From: an uncultured Gammaproteobacteria bacterium | GTDB lineage: Bacteria; Pseudomonadota; Gammaproteobacteria; DRLM01 | Assembly: GCA_963729605.1 (NCBI GenBank) | Contig: CAVSNY010000003.1 | Location: 128,001-192,000, forward strand | DNA: 64,000 nucleotides | Direction: 5' to 3' | Shown here: positions 10,712 to 21,900 of the stretch, in pieces | Layout: every line of letters starts with the position of its first letter | How positions within the stretch are numbered: position 1 is the stretch's first letter | Notes under the pieces: generated by a model | The model's input: only the letters and a program-made list of their open reading frames with translations | Database searches by the model: none | Told to the model about the DNA's origin: nothing | Made by a program: the position numbers and the translations under genes

Positions 10712-11034
10712 GCGTCCCTCGATGATAAATTCGTTTCAACGCCTTGGAGGATATGGGACTTTACTGTACATTGCGGAACATTCCCAGCATTTCTACAAAG
10801 GTGCACCATCGCCGACCGCGGGCACCGCTCCATCGCCAGTACGACCGCCCTGGCGGGTGGAGGCTCTGACAACGCGGGAGCCGTTGTCGGCGCGGTGGCG
10901 GTGTTGAGGCGGGGATGGAATTGCGATTCCCGACCAGGAGGGCACTCTTCGGAGGTAAAGAAAAATAATCAGCTAAACACATCAGGACACCGTGCACTAT
11001 CACCGTTTAACCGTTATCACCTGACGAGAAAATA

Positions 11035-13239
11035 ATGCAGCACAACGAACACCAAACCCTCATCGGCCTAATCTGGAACATCGCCAACAAACTGCGCGGC
11101 CCCTACCGTCCGCCGCAATACCGCAAGGTGATGCTGCCGCTGATAGTGCTGCGCCGCCTCGATCTGGTGCTGGCGCCCACCAAGGACAAGGTGCTGGAAG
11201 AAGCCAAGAAGCTCAAGGCCAAGGGGCTCAAGGACAAGGCCTACGAAAGCGCGCTGTCCCGTGTCGCGGTCGGCAAGGACCGCACCCAGCCGCTGTACAA
11301 CACCAGCAAGTTCACCTTTGAAAAACTGCTCGGCGACCCGGCAAATATTGCCAGCAATCTGGTGGCCTATATCCACGGCTTCTCGCCCCGCGCCCGCGAC
11401 ATATTCGACAAGTTCGAGTTCGAGACCGAGATCCACAAACTCGACGAAAGTGACCGCCTCTACCTCATCATCAAGGAGATCTGCGCCTCCAACATCGACC
11501 TCTCGCCCCGGCGCATCTCCAACCTGCAAATGGGCTACCTGTTCGAGGAACTGGTGCGCAAGTTCAACGAGCAGGCCAACGAAGAGGCCGGCGACCACTT
11601 CACCCCGCGCGAGGTCATCCGCCTGATGGTGAACCTGGTGTTCACCGATGAGACCGACGTCTTCAAAAAGGGCATTTACAAAAGCATCTACGACCCCGCC
11701 GCCGGCACCGGTGGCATGCTCTCGGTGTCCGAGGAATTCATTAAAAGCCAGAACCCCGACGCCCACATCGAACTGTTCGGCCAGGAATACAATCCCGAAT
11801 CCTATGCGCTCTGCTGCTCTGACCTGCTGATAAAAGACGAGCCCATCGACAACCTCATCTACGGCGACACCCTCGGCATCAAAAACGCCAAGCGCCTGGC
11901 CGGCAACTTCGTGCCCCACGACGGCCACCCGGACAAACGGTTCCACTACATGTTCGCCAACCCGCCCTTCGGCGTGGAGTGGAAACCGGAAAAGGATTTC
12001 GTCGAGGACGAATACAAGGAGCAAGGATTTAACGGCCGCTTCGGCGCCGGCACGCCGCGCATCAACGACGGCTCGCTGCTGTTCCTGCAACACATGATCT
12101 CCAAGATGCACCCTTCACCGGAACAGAAAGGCGACGGCTCCAAGATCGCCATCGTCTTCAACGGCTCGCCGCTATTCACCGGCGATGCCGGCAGCGGCGA
12201 GAGCAACATCCGCCGCTGGATCATCGAAAACGACTGGCTTGACGCCATTGTCGCCCTGCCGGACCAGATGTTCTACAACACCGGCATCTACACCTACATC
12301 TGGCTGGTCAGCAACAAAAAGCCCAAGGCGCGTAAAGGCAAGGTGCAGCTCATCGACGCCACCCGCCACTACCAGAAAATGAAAAAGAGCCTCGGCAACA
12401 AGCGCAACGAACTGGGTGCCAACCACATTGCCGAAATCGTCAGGCTGTACGGCAACCACAAACACAATGCCGAAAGCAAAACCGGTCCGGACGGGAAAGG
12501 CGAGAGCCGCGTGTGCAGCAAGATATTCGATAATCGTGACTTCGGCTTCCTCAAGATTACCGTCGAGCGCCCCCTGCGCCTCAACTTTCAGGCAAGCGCC
12601 GAGCGCATCGAACGTCTGAAAGAACAAGGGCCGTTTGCCAATCTCGCCACCAGCAAAAAGACCAAAAACACCAAGGCCGCGGAAAAAGAGATCGCCGAAG
12701 GCGAAGCCCTGCAACAGGCCATCCTCAAGGCCTTGGCCGGCATGAACGGCAAAACTTTGTACACCAACCGCGATGCCTTCGAAGCCGCCCTCGACACCGC
12801 GTTGAACAAGGCCAAGCTGAAACTCCCCGCCCCACTGCGCAAGGCCATCCTCGCCGCCCTCTCTGAGCGCGACCAAACCGCTGACATCTGCACCGACAGG
12901 CACGGCAACCCGGAAGCGGACAGCGACCTGCGCGACATCGAGGTCGTGCCGCTGCCCGCCAACATCAAGCTGCCCCTGCCGCTGGGCTACGACAACGAGA
13001 CTGGCCACGACAAACTGCTCAAGCTGGTGAAGGCCCATTGCGAGGACTACCTCAAGCGCGAAGTCCTGCCCCACGTGCCCGACGCCTGGATCGATTACGG
13101 CAAGACCAAAGTCGGTTACGAAATCCCCCTCAACCGCCACTTCTACGTTTACCAGCCGCCACGAGATTTAAAAGAAATCGAGGCCGACATCAAGACACTG
13201 GAAAGCGAAATCATGGCCATGCTCTCGGAGGTGGTGTGA
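11035..13239 (+). CDS. hsdM: Type I R-M N6-adenine methyltransferase subunit M
   Basis: IWNIANKLRG, HFTPREV, YDPAAGTGGML, NPPF, C-terminal TKVGYEI. Confidence 0.96.
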   Translation: MQHNEHQTLIGLIWNIANKLRGPYRPPQYRKVMLPLIVLRRLDLVLAPTKDKVLEEAKKLKAKGLKDKAYESALSRVAVGKDRTQPLYNTSKFTFEKLLGDPANIASNLVAYIHGFSPRARDIFDKFEFETEIHKLDESDRLYLIIKEICASNIDLSPRRISNLQMGYLFEELVRKFNEQANEEAGDHFTPREVIRLMVNLVFTDETDVFKKGIYKSIYDPAAGTGGMLSVSEEFIKSQNPDAHIELFGQEYNPESYALCCSDLLIKDEPIDNLIYGDTLGIKNAKRLAGNFVPHDGHPDKRFHYMFANPPFGVEWKPEKDFVEDEYKEQGFNGRFGAGTPRINDGSLLFLQHMISKMHPSPEQKGDGSKIAIVFNGSPLFTGDAGSGESNIRRWIIENDWLDAIVALPDQMFYNTGIYTYIWLVSNKKPKARKGKVQLIDATRHYQKMKKSLGNKRNELGANHIAEIVRLYGNHKHNAESKTGPDGKGESRVCSKIFDNRDFGFLKITVERPLRLNFQASAERIERLKEQGPFANLATSKKTKNTKAAEKEIAEGEALQQAILKALAGMNGKTLYTNRDAFEAALDTALNKAKLKLPAPLRKAILAALSERDQTADICTDRHGNPEADSDLRDIEVVPLPANIKLPLPLGYDNETGHDKLLKLVKAHCEDYLKREVLPHVPDAWIDYGKTKVGYEIPLNRHFYVYQPPRDLKEIEADIKTLESEIMAMLSEVV

Positions 13240-14603
13240 TGGCCGGGTATCAGCCTTATCCTGAGTACAAGGGGTCGGGGGTGGAGTGGTTGGGGGAGGT
13301 GCCGAAGAATTGGGAGCCAAAGCGCCTCCGCTTTGCATTAAGAACAAACCCGAGCAGCAAAGAAATTAAGCTGGCCCCGGAAGATTCGGTTTCTTTCGTG
13401 GGGATGGACGCGGTTGGTGAATACGGCGGATTGCGCTTGGACTCTGAAAAAGAGCTTTCCGAAGTTGGTTCAGGTTACACATTCTTCGCAAACAATGATG
13501 TTGTTGTTGCCAAAATCACGCCCTGTTTCGAAAACGGTAAAGGTGCAATCGCCGAGAACCTAACCAATGGGGTAGCTTTCGGTACAACCGAGTTACATGT
13601 TCTGAGAACAGGTTTGGAGTTAGATCCAGAGTTTTTATTTTACATCACGATATCAAATTTATTTCGCAGCCTCGGTGAATCCGAGATGTGCGGTGCAGGT
13701 GGTCAAAAGCGTGTCCCAGAATCGTTTATCAAGGATTTTGTTGCGGCATTGCCCAGTTTGCCAGAACAACAAACCATCGCCCGCTTTCTCGACCACAAAA
13801 CCGCGCAGATCGATGCGCTCATCGCCAAAAAACAAACCCTGCTGGAAAAACTCGCCGAAAAACGCACCGCCCTCATCAGCCACGCCGTCACCAAAGGCCT
13901 CGATCCGAATGTAAAAATGAAAGACTCCGGCGTGGAGTGGTTGGGGCAGGTGCCGGAGCATTGGGATGTTAAGCGCCTCAAATTTTTGGTCTCTTCTCCA
14001 CTCAAGTATGGCGCAAACGAGACGGCGGAATTAACGGATACAGAATTTCCGCGTTATATTCGCATAACTGACGTGAATGATGACGGCTCATTAAGAGAAG
14101 AAACGTTTCGCTCACTCCCTCCCGAAGTGGCAGCAGATTACCTGCTAGAAGATGGTGACATTCTTCTGGCTCGAAGTGGTGCCACTGTCGGCAAGAGCTT
14201 TATATACCGTCCTTCGTGGGGCGCTGCTGCATATGCGGGTTACCTTATTCGTGCCAGAATGTCCGAGGAGTTAGATGCTGACCTTTGTTTCTATTTCCTG
14301 CAATCGGATATTTATTGGCAATGGCTAAATAGCATATTTATTCAGGCAACCATCCAGAACGTGAGCGCAGAAAAATATGCAAATCTATGGTTACCGGTTC
14401 CATGCAAGGCTGAACAAGGCCCGATTATTGATTATTTAAATACGCAAGTTGGAAGAATAAAAATGCAGGCGTCGAAGGCAGCTGATGCCATCGAAAAACT
14501 CAAAGAATACCGCTCCGCGCTGATCACCCAGGCAGTCACCGGCAAAATCGACGTGCGCATTGTCAAGATTCCAGAGTCAGCCGCCAAAGGTCAGGCGGCA
14601 TGA
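13239..14603 (+). CDS. hsdS: Type I R-M specificity subunit S
   Basis: TGATG-coupled to hsdM; duplicated conserved SGVEWLG(E/Q)VP blocks flanking two lower-GC TRDs; ends ITQAVTGKIDV. Confidence 0.95.
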   Translation: MAGYQPYPEYKGSGVEWLGEVPKNWEPKRLRFALRTNPSSKEIKLAPEDSVSFVGMDAVGEYGGLRLDSEKELSEVGSGYTFFANNDVVVAKITPCFENGKGAIAENLTNGVAFGTTELHVLRTGLELDPEFLFYITISNLFRSLGESEMCGAGGQKRVPESFIKDFVAALPSLPEQQTIARFLDHKTAQIDALIAKKQTLLEKLAEKRTALISHAVTKGLDPNVKMKDSGVEWLGQVPEHWDVKRLKFLVSSPLKYGANETAELTDTEFPRYIRITDVNDDGSLREETFRSLPPEVAADYLLEDGDILLARSGATVGKSFIYRPSWGAAAYAGYLIRARMSEELDADLCFYFLQSDIYWQWLNSIFIQATIQNVSAEKYANLWLPVPCKAEQGPIIDYLNTQVGRIKMQASKAADAIEKLKEYRSALITQAVTGKIDVRIVKIPESAAKGQAA

Positions 14604-14666
14604 TTGCTTTGATTAAGAATATTTTCTGGAAGTACTTTATCGGGTGCAGGGAGCAGGGATAAAAAT

Positions 14667-15203
14667 ATGCTGAATCGATTTGCTAAGTTCCTGCTCGTTG
14701 CAACATCGCTATCCCCGGTACTGGGTGCGGTGGCGGTTAATCAATTTGCCTTGGGCAAGTCGTGGCTAAGTTGGGCTCCTTGGCTGTCGGTTGCGCTACT
14801 TCTGGTGCTGATCTGTTGGCTGTTGCTTCGCTATGCGGATGACAATGGACAAAAACACCTCTTTCGCATTGAGGAGTTTGAGAGCAACGATAAGGAAGTG
14901 TTGGCCTTCTTACTGGCTTATCTGCTGCCATTTATCTCAGCCAAGGATATGGCCTTCGAAGGTCAGTGGCTGACCGGCGCTTATATCCTTGTCATCATAT
15001 TTATGGTGATCTCCCATGCGGGCGTCCTTCATTTCAATCCAGTCATGGGACTTCTGGGTTACCACTTCTATGGTGTCAAGAATAGCGAAGGTGTGTCGCA
15101 GTTACTGATCAGCAAGGCGGAACTGCGCAGAACGGGTAAAGAGCTGAACACTGTACGGCTGGCACACAATATTTATCTGCACGTAGGGGGGGAAGGATGC
15201 TGA
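14667..15203 (+). CDS. kwaA: Four-TM membrane protein, Kiwa KwaA-like
   Basis: 4 hydrophobic segments; E-vl-aFLlaYLLPF and hFNPvmgLLGYhFY patterns; coupled to a KwaB-sized gene inside a defence operon. Confidence 0.72.
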   Translation: MLNRFAKFLLVATSLSPVLGAVAVNQFALGKSWLSWAPWLSVALLLVLICWLLLRYADDNGQKHLFRIEEFESNDKEVLAFLLAYLLPFISAKDMAFEGQWLTGAYILVIIFMVISHAGVLHFNPVMGLLGYHFYGVKNSEGVSQLLISKAELRRTGKELNTVRLAHNIYLHVGGEGC

Positions 15204-16078
15204 GTAATTTTCAACTGGCGGTGATTGTCAAATCGGGTGGGCAAGTGCGCCTTCTTCGGATTCCATTGCATCATGGGTTGCAAAATACACTGGCCGTAAG
15301 CTGGGAATCTCAATATCAAATCTTTGTAGAGAATATTCAAGAAATTGATTTTGACGCAGGATACAATCCTGAAGAGCATGAGCGATTCTGCTTGAAAGAA
15401 TACGAACTTCCTGATTGGCTTGCGAATGAGAATAGCATGACTGTTCAAGACCTGGATGCGATAAGTAATAACGAGTCACTGATTGATTCGGTCAGGGGGA
15501 TTGTGGCTTTTGCGCGAGATGCTCAGCGACAGGAATTGATGCTTTTTCAGAATTTCAGTCGTTCTCATGTCATTCGTCCAGGACGCTTCTTGTTTTTGCA
15601 AAATAATACCTATGAGAGCACTCAACGCCCCGGCTTTACGCTCGACGCTAAATTGAGTGCCGTGTATCTGGCGGCATATAACAAGCTGCTGTTTCATAAC
15701 TTTCGCACAACTAACACATTTCTGCCGCTCGAAGAGTTTTATGAAGAAGCCTCGGAACAGGATATTCGTCATGTTTTACAACACGATCGACTCGCACCGG
15801 AGGATATTGATGCGCTGGCGGAGAATTCGAATCAGTGGTTCCGCAAACGCTTTGCCATGCTCAAGGACTCCGAAATATTGGACAAGTACACTGCGAAACA
15901 GATTCAAATACATTCGAAAGGATATGAGGTTGATATCCATATAAAGGGTGGCAAGATCGTGTTTCCGGCAGGCAAGGCTTCCGCCAAGCGCCTGCTTCAG
16001 TTTTTGAACGAGGAGGTTTTCCGTGGAGCAATTACGGAAACGCTTTATGAAACCAATTCAAAGCGCGAGGCGGATTGA
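15197..16078 (+). CDS. kwaB: Kiwa KwaB-like (DUF4868-like) protein
   Basis: ~290-aa soluble partner; C-terminal LLQFLNEEVFRGAITETLYETNSK resembles KwaB-like proteins. Confidence 0.7.
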   Translation: MLSNFQLAVIVKSGGQVRLLRIPLHHGLQNTLAVSWESQYQIFVENIQEIDFDAGYNPEEHERFCLKEYELPDWLANENSMTVQDLDAISNNESLIDSVRGIVAFARDAQRQELMLFQNFSRSHVIRPGRFLFLQNNTYESTQRPGFTLDAKLSAVYLAAYNKLLFHNFRTTNTFLPLEEFYEEASEQDIRHVLQHDRLAPEDIDALAENSNQWFRKRFAMLKDSEILDKYTAKQIQIHSKGYEVDIHIKGGKIVFPAGKASAKRLLQFLNEEVFRGAITETLYETNSKREAD

Positions 16079-16734
16079 TGACCGTTCCTGCGCAACCAAA
16101 GATATACCATATCGTGCATGTGGACCGTTTGCCATCCATTATCGCGGATGGTTGTCTGTGGTGCGATGCGGAAATCGTGAATCGCGCGCCGCCCGGAACT
16201 ACAATAGGCATGAATGGGATCAAGCAAAGACGGCTTGGTTTAGCTCTGACCAGTCACCCGGGTCTGCATGTGGGTGATTGTGTACCATTCTATTTCTGTC
16301 CACGCTCGATCATGCTGTATCTGATCTATCAGGGTAATCATCCTGAGATGACCTATCGGGATGGACAGGGGCCAATCATTCATCTGGAGACCGATCTTCG
16401 TGCATCCGTTGCGTGGGCGCAGCAGAATCAGCAGCGTTGGGCTTTTACTCTATCGAATGCAGGAGCCTATTACTTCGAGGATCGTTGCGATCTGTCACAG
16501 TTGAATGAAATAAACTGGGAGGCCGTTCAGGCTAACCGCTGGAGCGGCAACGGTATTGCAGCTTCGATCAAGGAAGGTAAACAGGCAGAGTTTCTGCTGG
16601 AAAACCGCTTCCCATGGCACCTGGTCGAGCGCATCGGCGTGCATTCGCGTGCGGTCTACCAGCAGGTGGTCAATGCCTTGCCTACAGGCGGTCATCGACC
16701 ACAAATTGAGATAAAACCAGAATGGTATTACTGA
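16078..16734 (+). CDS. darT: DarT ssDNA ADP-ribosyltransferase toxin (DUF4433)
   Basis: IYHIVHVDRLPSII, VPFYFCPRSIMLY, catalytic KQAEFL, terminal WYY. Confidence 0.93.
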   Translation: MTVPAQPKIYHIVHVDRLPSIIADGCLWCDAEIVNRAPPGTTIGMNGIKQRRLGLALTSHPGLHVGDCVPFYFCPRSIMLYLIYQGNHPEMTYRDGQGPIIHLETDLRASVAWAQQNQQRWAFTLSNAGAYYFEDRCDLSQLNEINWEAVQANRWSGNGIAASIKEGKQAEFLLENRFPWHLVERIGVHSRAVYQQVVNALPTGGHRPQIEIKPEWYY

Positions 16735-16750
16735 TAAGGAGGCGGCGAAG

Positions 16751-17800
16751 ATGATTGAATATAAAAGTGGTGATATTTTGCGAGAAGATGCCGAGGCCAT
16801 TATCAATACCGTGAATTGTGTTGGCGTGATGGGTCGCGGTATCGCGCTTCAGTTTAAAAATACATTTCCGCAGAATTTTAAGGCCTATGCGGCTGCTTGT
16901 AAGAAAGAAGAGGTACAACCTGGGCGGATGTTTGTGTTTGAAACCGGGCAACTGACCAATCCGCGCTACATTATCAATTTCCCCACCAAACGCCACTGGC
17001 GCGGCAAGAGCCGAATAGAGGATATTGAAACCGGCCTAATGGATCTGGTTGAGGTCATTCATCGATACAACATCAAATCAATCGCGATACCGCCTCTGGG
17101 AAGTGGTTTGGGTGGTTTGGACTGGGCGGATGTTAAAAAGCGTATTGAATCCGCGATGAAGCCGCTCACGAGTGTGCGCGTCATTGTCTACGAACCCAGA
17201 GGTGCGCCCGCTACCGAAAAAATGGTGCATAATCGCGAAGTTCCACCCATGACCGCCGGTCGTGCTGCCCTCGTGGAACTGGTGAGCCGCTACCTCAGCG
17301 GACTTCTCGATCCCTCGGTATCTTTGCTTGAGGTACACAAACTGATGTATTTCATGCAGGAAGCCGGTGAACCGCTGCGGCTCAAATATCAAAAAGCGCC
17401 TTATGGCCCCTATGCCGAAAACCTGCGCCATGTGTTACGCGACATCGAAGGTCATCTTGTTTCTGGATACGCGGACGGCGGTGATGCGCCGGATAAACAA
17501 CTCAAGTTGGTGCCGGGGGCCATTGAAGACGCCACCACTTTCCTGCAACAGCACCAGGATACCCGGGCACGCTTTGACAAGGTGTCGGCACTGGTCGAGG
17601 GCTTCGAGTCGCCTTTTGGACTGGAGCTTTTGTCTACGGTCCATTGGGTGATGAAAAATGATGGTATGAATACTGTCGAAGACGTGATTCAACATACTTA
17701 CGACTGGAACGAACGTAAGCGGCAGTTCACCCCACGCCAGATCACTCTTGCCGTGGATGTGTTGGCGAGTAAGGCTTGGGTGGCCCGTCGCTTGGAGTGA
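16751..17800 (+). CDS. darG: DarG macrodomain antitoxin
   Basis: NTVNCVGVMGRGIA, INFPTKRHW, PPLGSGLGGL, plus DarG C-terminal domain (KLMYF..YGPY, LELLSTVHW). Confidence 0.93.
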   Translation: MIEYKSGDILREDAEAIINTVNCVGVMGRGIALQFKNTFPQNFKAYAAACKKEEVQPGRMFVFETGQLTNPRYIINFPTKRHWRGKSRIEDIETGLMDLVEVIHRYNIKSIAIPPLGSGLGGLDWADVKKRIESAMKPLTSVRVIVYEPRGAPATEKMVHNREVPPMTAGRAALVELVSRYLSGLLDPSVSLLEVHKLMYFMQEAGEPLRLKYQKAPYGPYAENLRHVLRDIEGHLVSGYADGGDAPDKQLKLVPGAIEDATTFLQQHQDTRARFDKVSALVEGFESPFGLELLSTVHWVMKNDGMNTVEDVIQHTYDWNERKRQFTPRQITLAVDVLASKAWVARRLE

Positions 17801-17841
17801 GTTGCATCTGGCCGGGATAAATCCTTGGCCAAAATCCCGGC

Positions 17842-17889
17842 TTGATAGTTCATTTAGTGTGAACTATAGTTCATGCGGTATGAACTATC
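17842..17889 (+). promoter_or_regulatory. Sigma70 promoter overlapped by a four-half-site palindromic operator
   Basis: TTGATA(17842)-N17-TATAGT(17865); ATAGTTCA/TGAACTAT half sites at 17845, 17860, 17866 and 17881. Confidence 0.75.
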
Positions 17890-17901
17890 GGATTAGCCCC
17901 C

Positions 17902-18483
17902 ATGAGCCAGCTCAGCGATGCCCTGTTTACCGAGACCCAGCAAAAGGTGCTGGGTCTGCTGTACGGGCAGCCGGATCGGAGTTTCTACACCAAGGAGATC
18001 CTGCGTCTGACGGGCATGGGGGTGGCCACCATCAAGCGCGAGCTGGACCGCATGCTGGCGGCGGGTATTTTGAGCATGACCCGGATTGGCAACCAGCACC
18101 ATTATCAGGCCAACCCGCAGTGCCCGATCTACGGTGAGCTGCTGGGCATCGTCAAAAAGACTTTTGGCGTGACCGAGGTCATTCGCCTGGCGCTTGAGCC
18201 ACTGGCGAGAAAGATCGACCGCGCCTTTATCTTCGGTTCCGTGGCCAGCGGCAAGGAGAACGCGGCCAGCGATATCGACCTGCTGATCATCGGCGATGCG
18301 GGTTTTGCGGAGGTGGTCAGCGCGCTCTATCCGGTACAGGCAACGCTGGGCCGGGAGGTGAATCCGAAAATTTATCGCCAGGAGGAATGGACTCGAATGA
18401 AGAAGGGCAAGGATGCCTTTGTCACGGAAGTGATGGCAAAGCCGCGCATGGATGTGATCGGGGGTGGGGATGAGCCTGGATAA
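17902..18483 (+). CDS. wHTH + minimal nucleotidyltransferase (MNT) antitoxin-like protein
   Basis: N-terminal HTH-like region, then FGSVASG...SDIDL. Confidence 0.88.
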   Translation: MSQLSDALFTETQQKVLGLLYGQPDRSFYTKEILRLTGMGVATIKRELDRMLAAGILSMTRIGNQHHYQANPQCPIYGELLGIVKKTFGVTEVIRLALEPLARKIDRAFIFGSVASGKENAASDIDLLIIGDAGFAEVVSALYPVQATLGREVNPKIYRQEEWTRMKKGKDAFVTEVMAKPRMDVIGGGDEPG

Positions 18484-18922
18484 CTTGATCGGAATCAGCC
18501 TGGAGAAGATCAAGCCGGATGCGGCGGTGATTGGGCGGCTGCTATCGGCGGCCAGGCGCAATATCACCGATGCGCGTGTTACGGAAATCAGCGCCGAGAA
18601 TCGTTTCGATGCCGCCTACAAGGCCATCATGCAACTGGCCAATACCGCGTTGCAGGCCAACGGCTTCAGAACGCTGTCCAGCAAGCCCGGCCACCACATG
18701 ACCATGATACAAACACTCAGCCAAACCATTGGTGTGAACAGGCAGGCCGTCATTGTGCTCGATGCCTTGCGCAAACAGCGCAACGTGGCGGATTACTCCG
18801 GTGATGTTGTCCCGATGAGCGCGGTGGAGGAATGCTTGTCCCATGCCGAGGTCTTGCAAATCGCGGTTCATAAGTGGCTGGAAAAGAACAAACCCGAGTT
18901 GCTTGGGGATAAAAAAGATTAA
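18470..18922 (+). CDS. HEPN-domain protein (MNT-HEPN pair)
   Basis: Overlaps the MNT gene; RFDAAY, GHH and HEPN-like RKQRNVADY motifs. Confidence 0.78.
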   Translation: MSLDNLIGISLEKIKPDAAVIGRLLSAARRNITDARVTEISAENRFDAAYKAIMQLANTALQANGFRTLSSKPGHHMTMIQTLSQTIGVNRQAVIVLDALRKQRNVADYSGDVVPMSAVEECLSHAEVLQIAVHKWLEKNKPELLGDKKD

Positions 18923-18933
18923 GGGGGGATGGC

Positions 18934-21900
18934 GTGCACACCGAACGGGACTTTGAAAACGACATCGAAGCGGCGCTGCTGAAAAGTGGCGGCTATCACG
19001 CGGGCGACCCGACTGGCTATGACGCCGAGCGGGCGCTGTTCCCGGCGGATATGCTCAGTTTTGTAGAGGCCACCCAGCCGAAGATCTGGGACTACCTGCA
19101 AAGCCTGCACAAGGACAAGACCCCGGCGGTGCTGATCGACAACCTGGCCAAGGAGCTGGACAGCAAGGGCATGCTGGGTGTGTTGCGCGAGGGCTTCAAG
19201 TGCAGCGGCAAGACGGTGAAGGCCGCGTTCTTTGCGCCCAACACCGACATGGACCTGCAGGCGCAGGAGCGTTATCAGGCGAATCGCCTTAGTGTGATCC
19301 GGCAGGTGAAGACCAGGAGTGGCGCGATCCCCGATATGGTGCTGGCGGTAAACGGCCTGCCGGTGGCGACGCTGGAGCTGAAGAACGTAATGTCCGCCAC
19401 CCGATGGATGGTGGAGCACGCCAAGAACCAGTACAAATACGAGCGCGACCCGCGCGAAAAGCTCTTCGCCTTCAAGCAGCGCTGTCTGGTGCACTTTGCC
19501 GTAGACACCGAGCAGGTGTTCATGACCACGAAACTGGAAGGCAAAAGCACGTTCTTTTTGCCGTTCAATCGCGGTTTTGAACACGGCGCCGGTAATCCCC
19601 CGGTGGCTGGCGATGTGCGCACGAGTTATTTATGGCATGAGGCGCTGACCAGGGACAGTTTGCTGGACATCCTCGCCCGCTTTATGCATTTGCAAGTGGA
19701 AGAAACCACGGTTGCCACCGAAAAGGGACTGAAGCGCCACGTCAAGGAGACCATGATCTTCCCCCGTTATCATCAGCTCGATGCGGTGCGCAAATTGGTG
19801 GGGCATGCCCGCGAGAAGGGTTCGGGTCACAACTATCTGGTGCAGCACTCGGCCGGCTCGGGAAAATCCAACTCCATCGCCTGGCTAGCGCACCGGCTCT
19901 CCAGCCTGCACGATGCCAACGACGAAAAGATTTTTCATTCGGTGGTGGTGATCACCGACCGCCGCGTGCTCGACCAGCAGTTGCAGGACACCATCTTCCA
20001 GTTCGAGCACAAGCTGGGTGTGGTGCAGAAGATTGACGAGAACACCCAGCAACTGGCCAAGGCCCTGGCCGATGGCGTGCCGATTATCATCTCTACCATC
20101 CAGAAGTTTCCCTTTATCACCCGCGCCATCCAGGCCCTGGAGAAGAAGGGCGAGACGGTGAGCATCGCTACCGCCGGCAAGCGTTTCGCGGTGATCGTGG
20201 ACGAGGCCCACAGCTCGCAGAGCGGCGAGACCGCCATGGAACTCAAGAGCATCCTCAATAAGGACGGCATCGAATCGGCCATCGCCGCGCAACTGCTGGA
20301 CGACGAAGACGACAGCCTGAGCACCGAGGCGCAGCAGGCCATGCTGCGCGAGCAACTCAAGCGCACGCGCCAGCCCAATTTGAGCTTCTTTGCCTTTACC
20401 GCTACGCCCAAGTTCAAGACCCTGGCGGTATTTGACGAGCCGGGCGAGAACGGCGAGGCGCCGTTTCATCTCTACAGCATGCGCCAGGCCATCGAGGAAG
20501 GATTCATTCTCGACGTGTTGCGGGGCTATACTTGACTACAAGCGTTATTACAAGCTGATTCAGGATGTAGAGAACGACCCTTCCGTGCCGCGCAAAAAAG
20601 CAGCGCGGGCACTGGCGCGTTTTGTCGATTTGCACGACTACAACATCGGCCAGAAGGTGGAGATCATCGTCGAGCATTTCGTTACCCACACTCGCCACAA
20701 GATCGGTGGCCGCGCCAAGGCCATGGTGGTGACCGGCTCACGCGAACATGCGGTGCGCTACAAGCTGGCGTTCGACCAGTACATCAAGGACAACAAGATC
20801 AGCGGCGTGCGCTCGCTGGTAGCCTTCTCGGGCGAAATCGCCCTCAAGGATCAGGCCGGCAAGACCTACTCCGAAGTGACGATGAACAACGGCATCAAGG
20901 AGAGCGAGCTGCCGGAAAAATTCAACACCGAGGAATATCAGGTGTTGCTGGTGGCGGAGAAATACCAGACCGGCTTCGACCAGCCCTTGCTGCACACCAT
21001 GTATGTGGACAAACGCCTGTCCGGCATTCAGGCGGTGCAGACCCTGTCGCGCCTCAACCGCACCACGCGCGGCAAGGAAAACACCTTCGTGCTGGATTTC
21101 GTCAACGAGCCGGACGACATCTACAAGGCCTTCAAGCCCTACTACGAAGTCACCCCCATGGGCGATGAGGTGGACCCGCAACACCTGAACGAACTGGCCC
21201 ACACCCTCGCGGCCTGGCGGGTCTACACCCAATACGAAGTCAACGGCTGGTGCGAGATCTGGTTCCGCAACCGCATGCAACCCACCGGCGGCGAACACAA
21301 GCAGCTCAACGCCATGATTGACATGGCGGTCGAGCGCTTCAACAAGCTGACGGAGGAACAACAGGACGAGTTCAAGAGCCAACTGGTCAGTTTCCGCAGC
21401 TTGTATATGTTCCTGTCGCAGATCATCCCCTATCAGGATTCAAATCTGGAGAGACTCTATACCTACAGCCGCTTCCTGTTGAATAAGCTGCCGCGCACCC
21501 ATCGTGAAACGAAGGTGACGGTGGATGATGATGTGGAGTTGAAATACTACCGGCTGGAGAAGATCAGCGAAGGCAGCATCAACCTGCGTGATGGCGAGGC
21601 GGAGTACCTGAAGGGTCCGACCGATGTGGGCACCGGTCAGACCGACGAAGAGGTGCAGTTGTCCACATTGGTCGCCGCGCTGAACGAACGCTTCGGCACC
21701 GAATTCACCCCCGCCGATCAACTGTTCTTCGAACAGGTGCGCGAAACAGCCGTGGCCAATGAACAGTTACGCCAGGCGGCGGAGGTCAACTCCATGGAAA
21801 ACTTCGCGCCTATCTTTAACAAACAGCTCGAAACCCTCCTGATCGAGCGCATGGAAGGCAATGAGGATATTTTCTCACGCATGATGAACGACGAAGCCTT

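Noticed and set aside
13038-13238. N-terminal extension of hsdS in the ORF track
   Set aside because: It overlaps hsdM; the real start is most likely the coupled ATG at 13239
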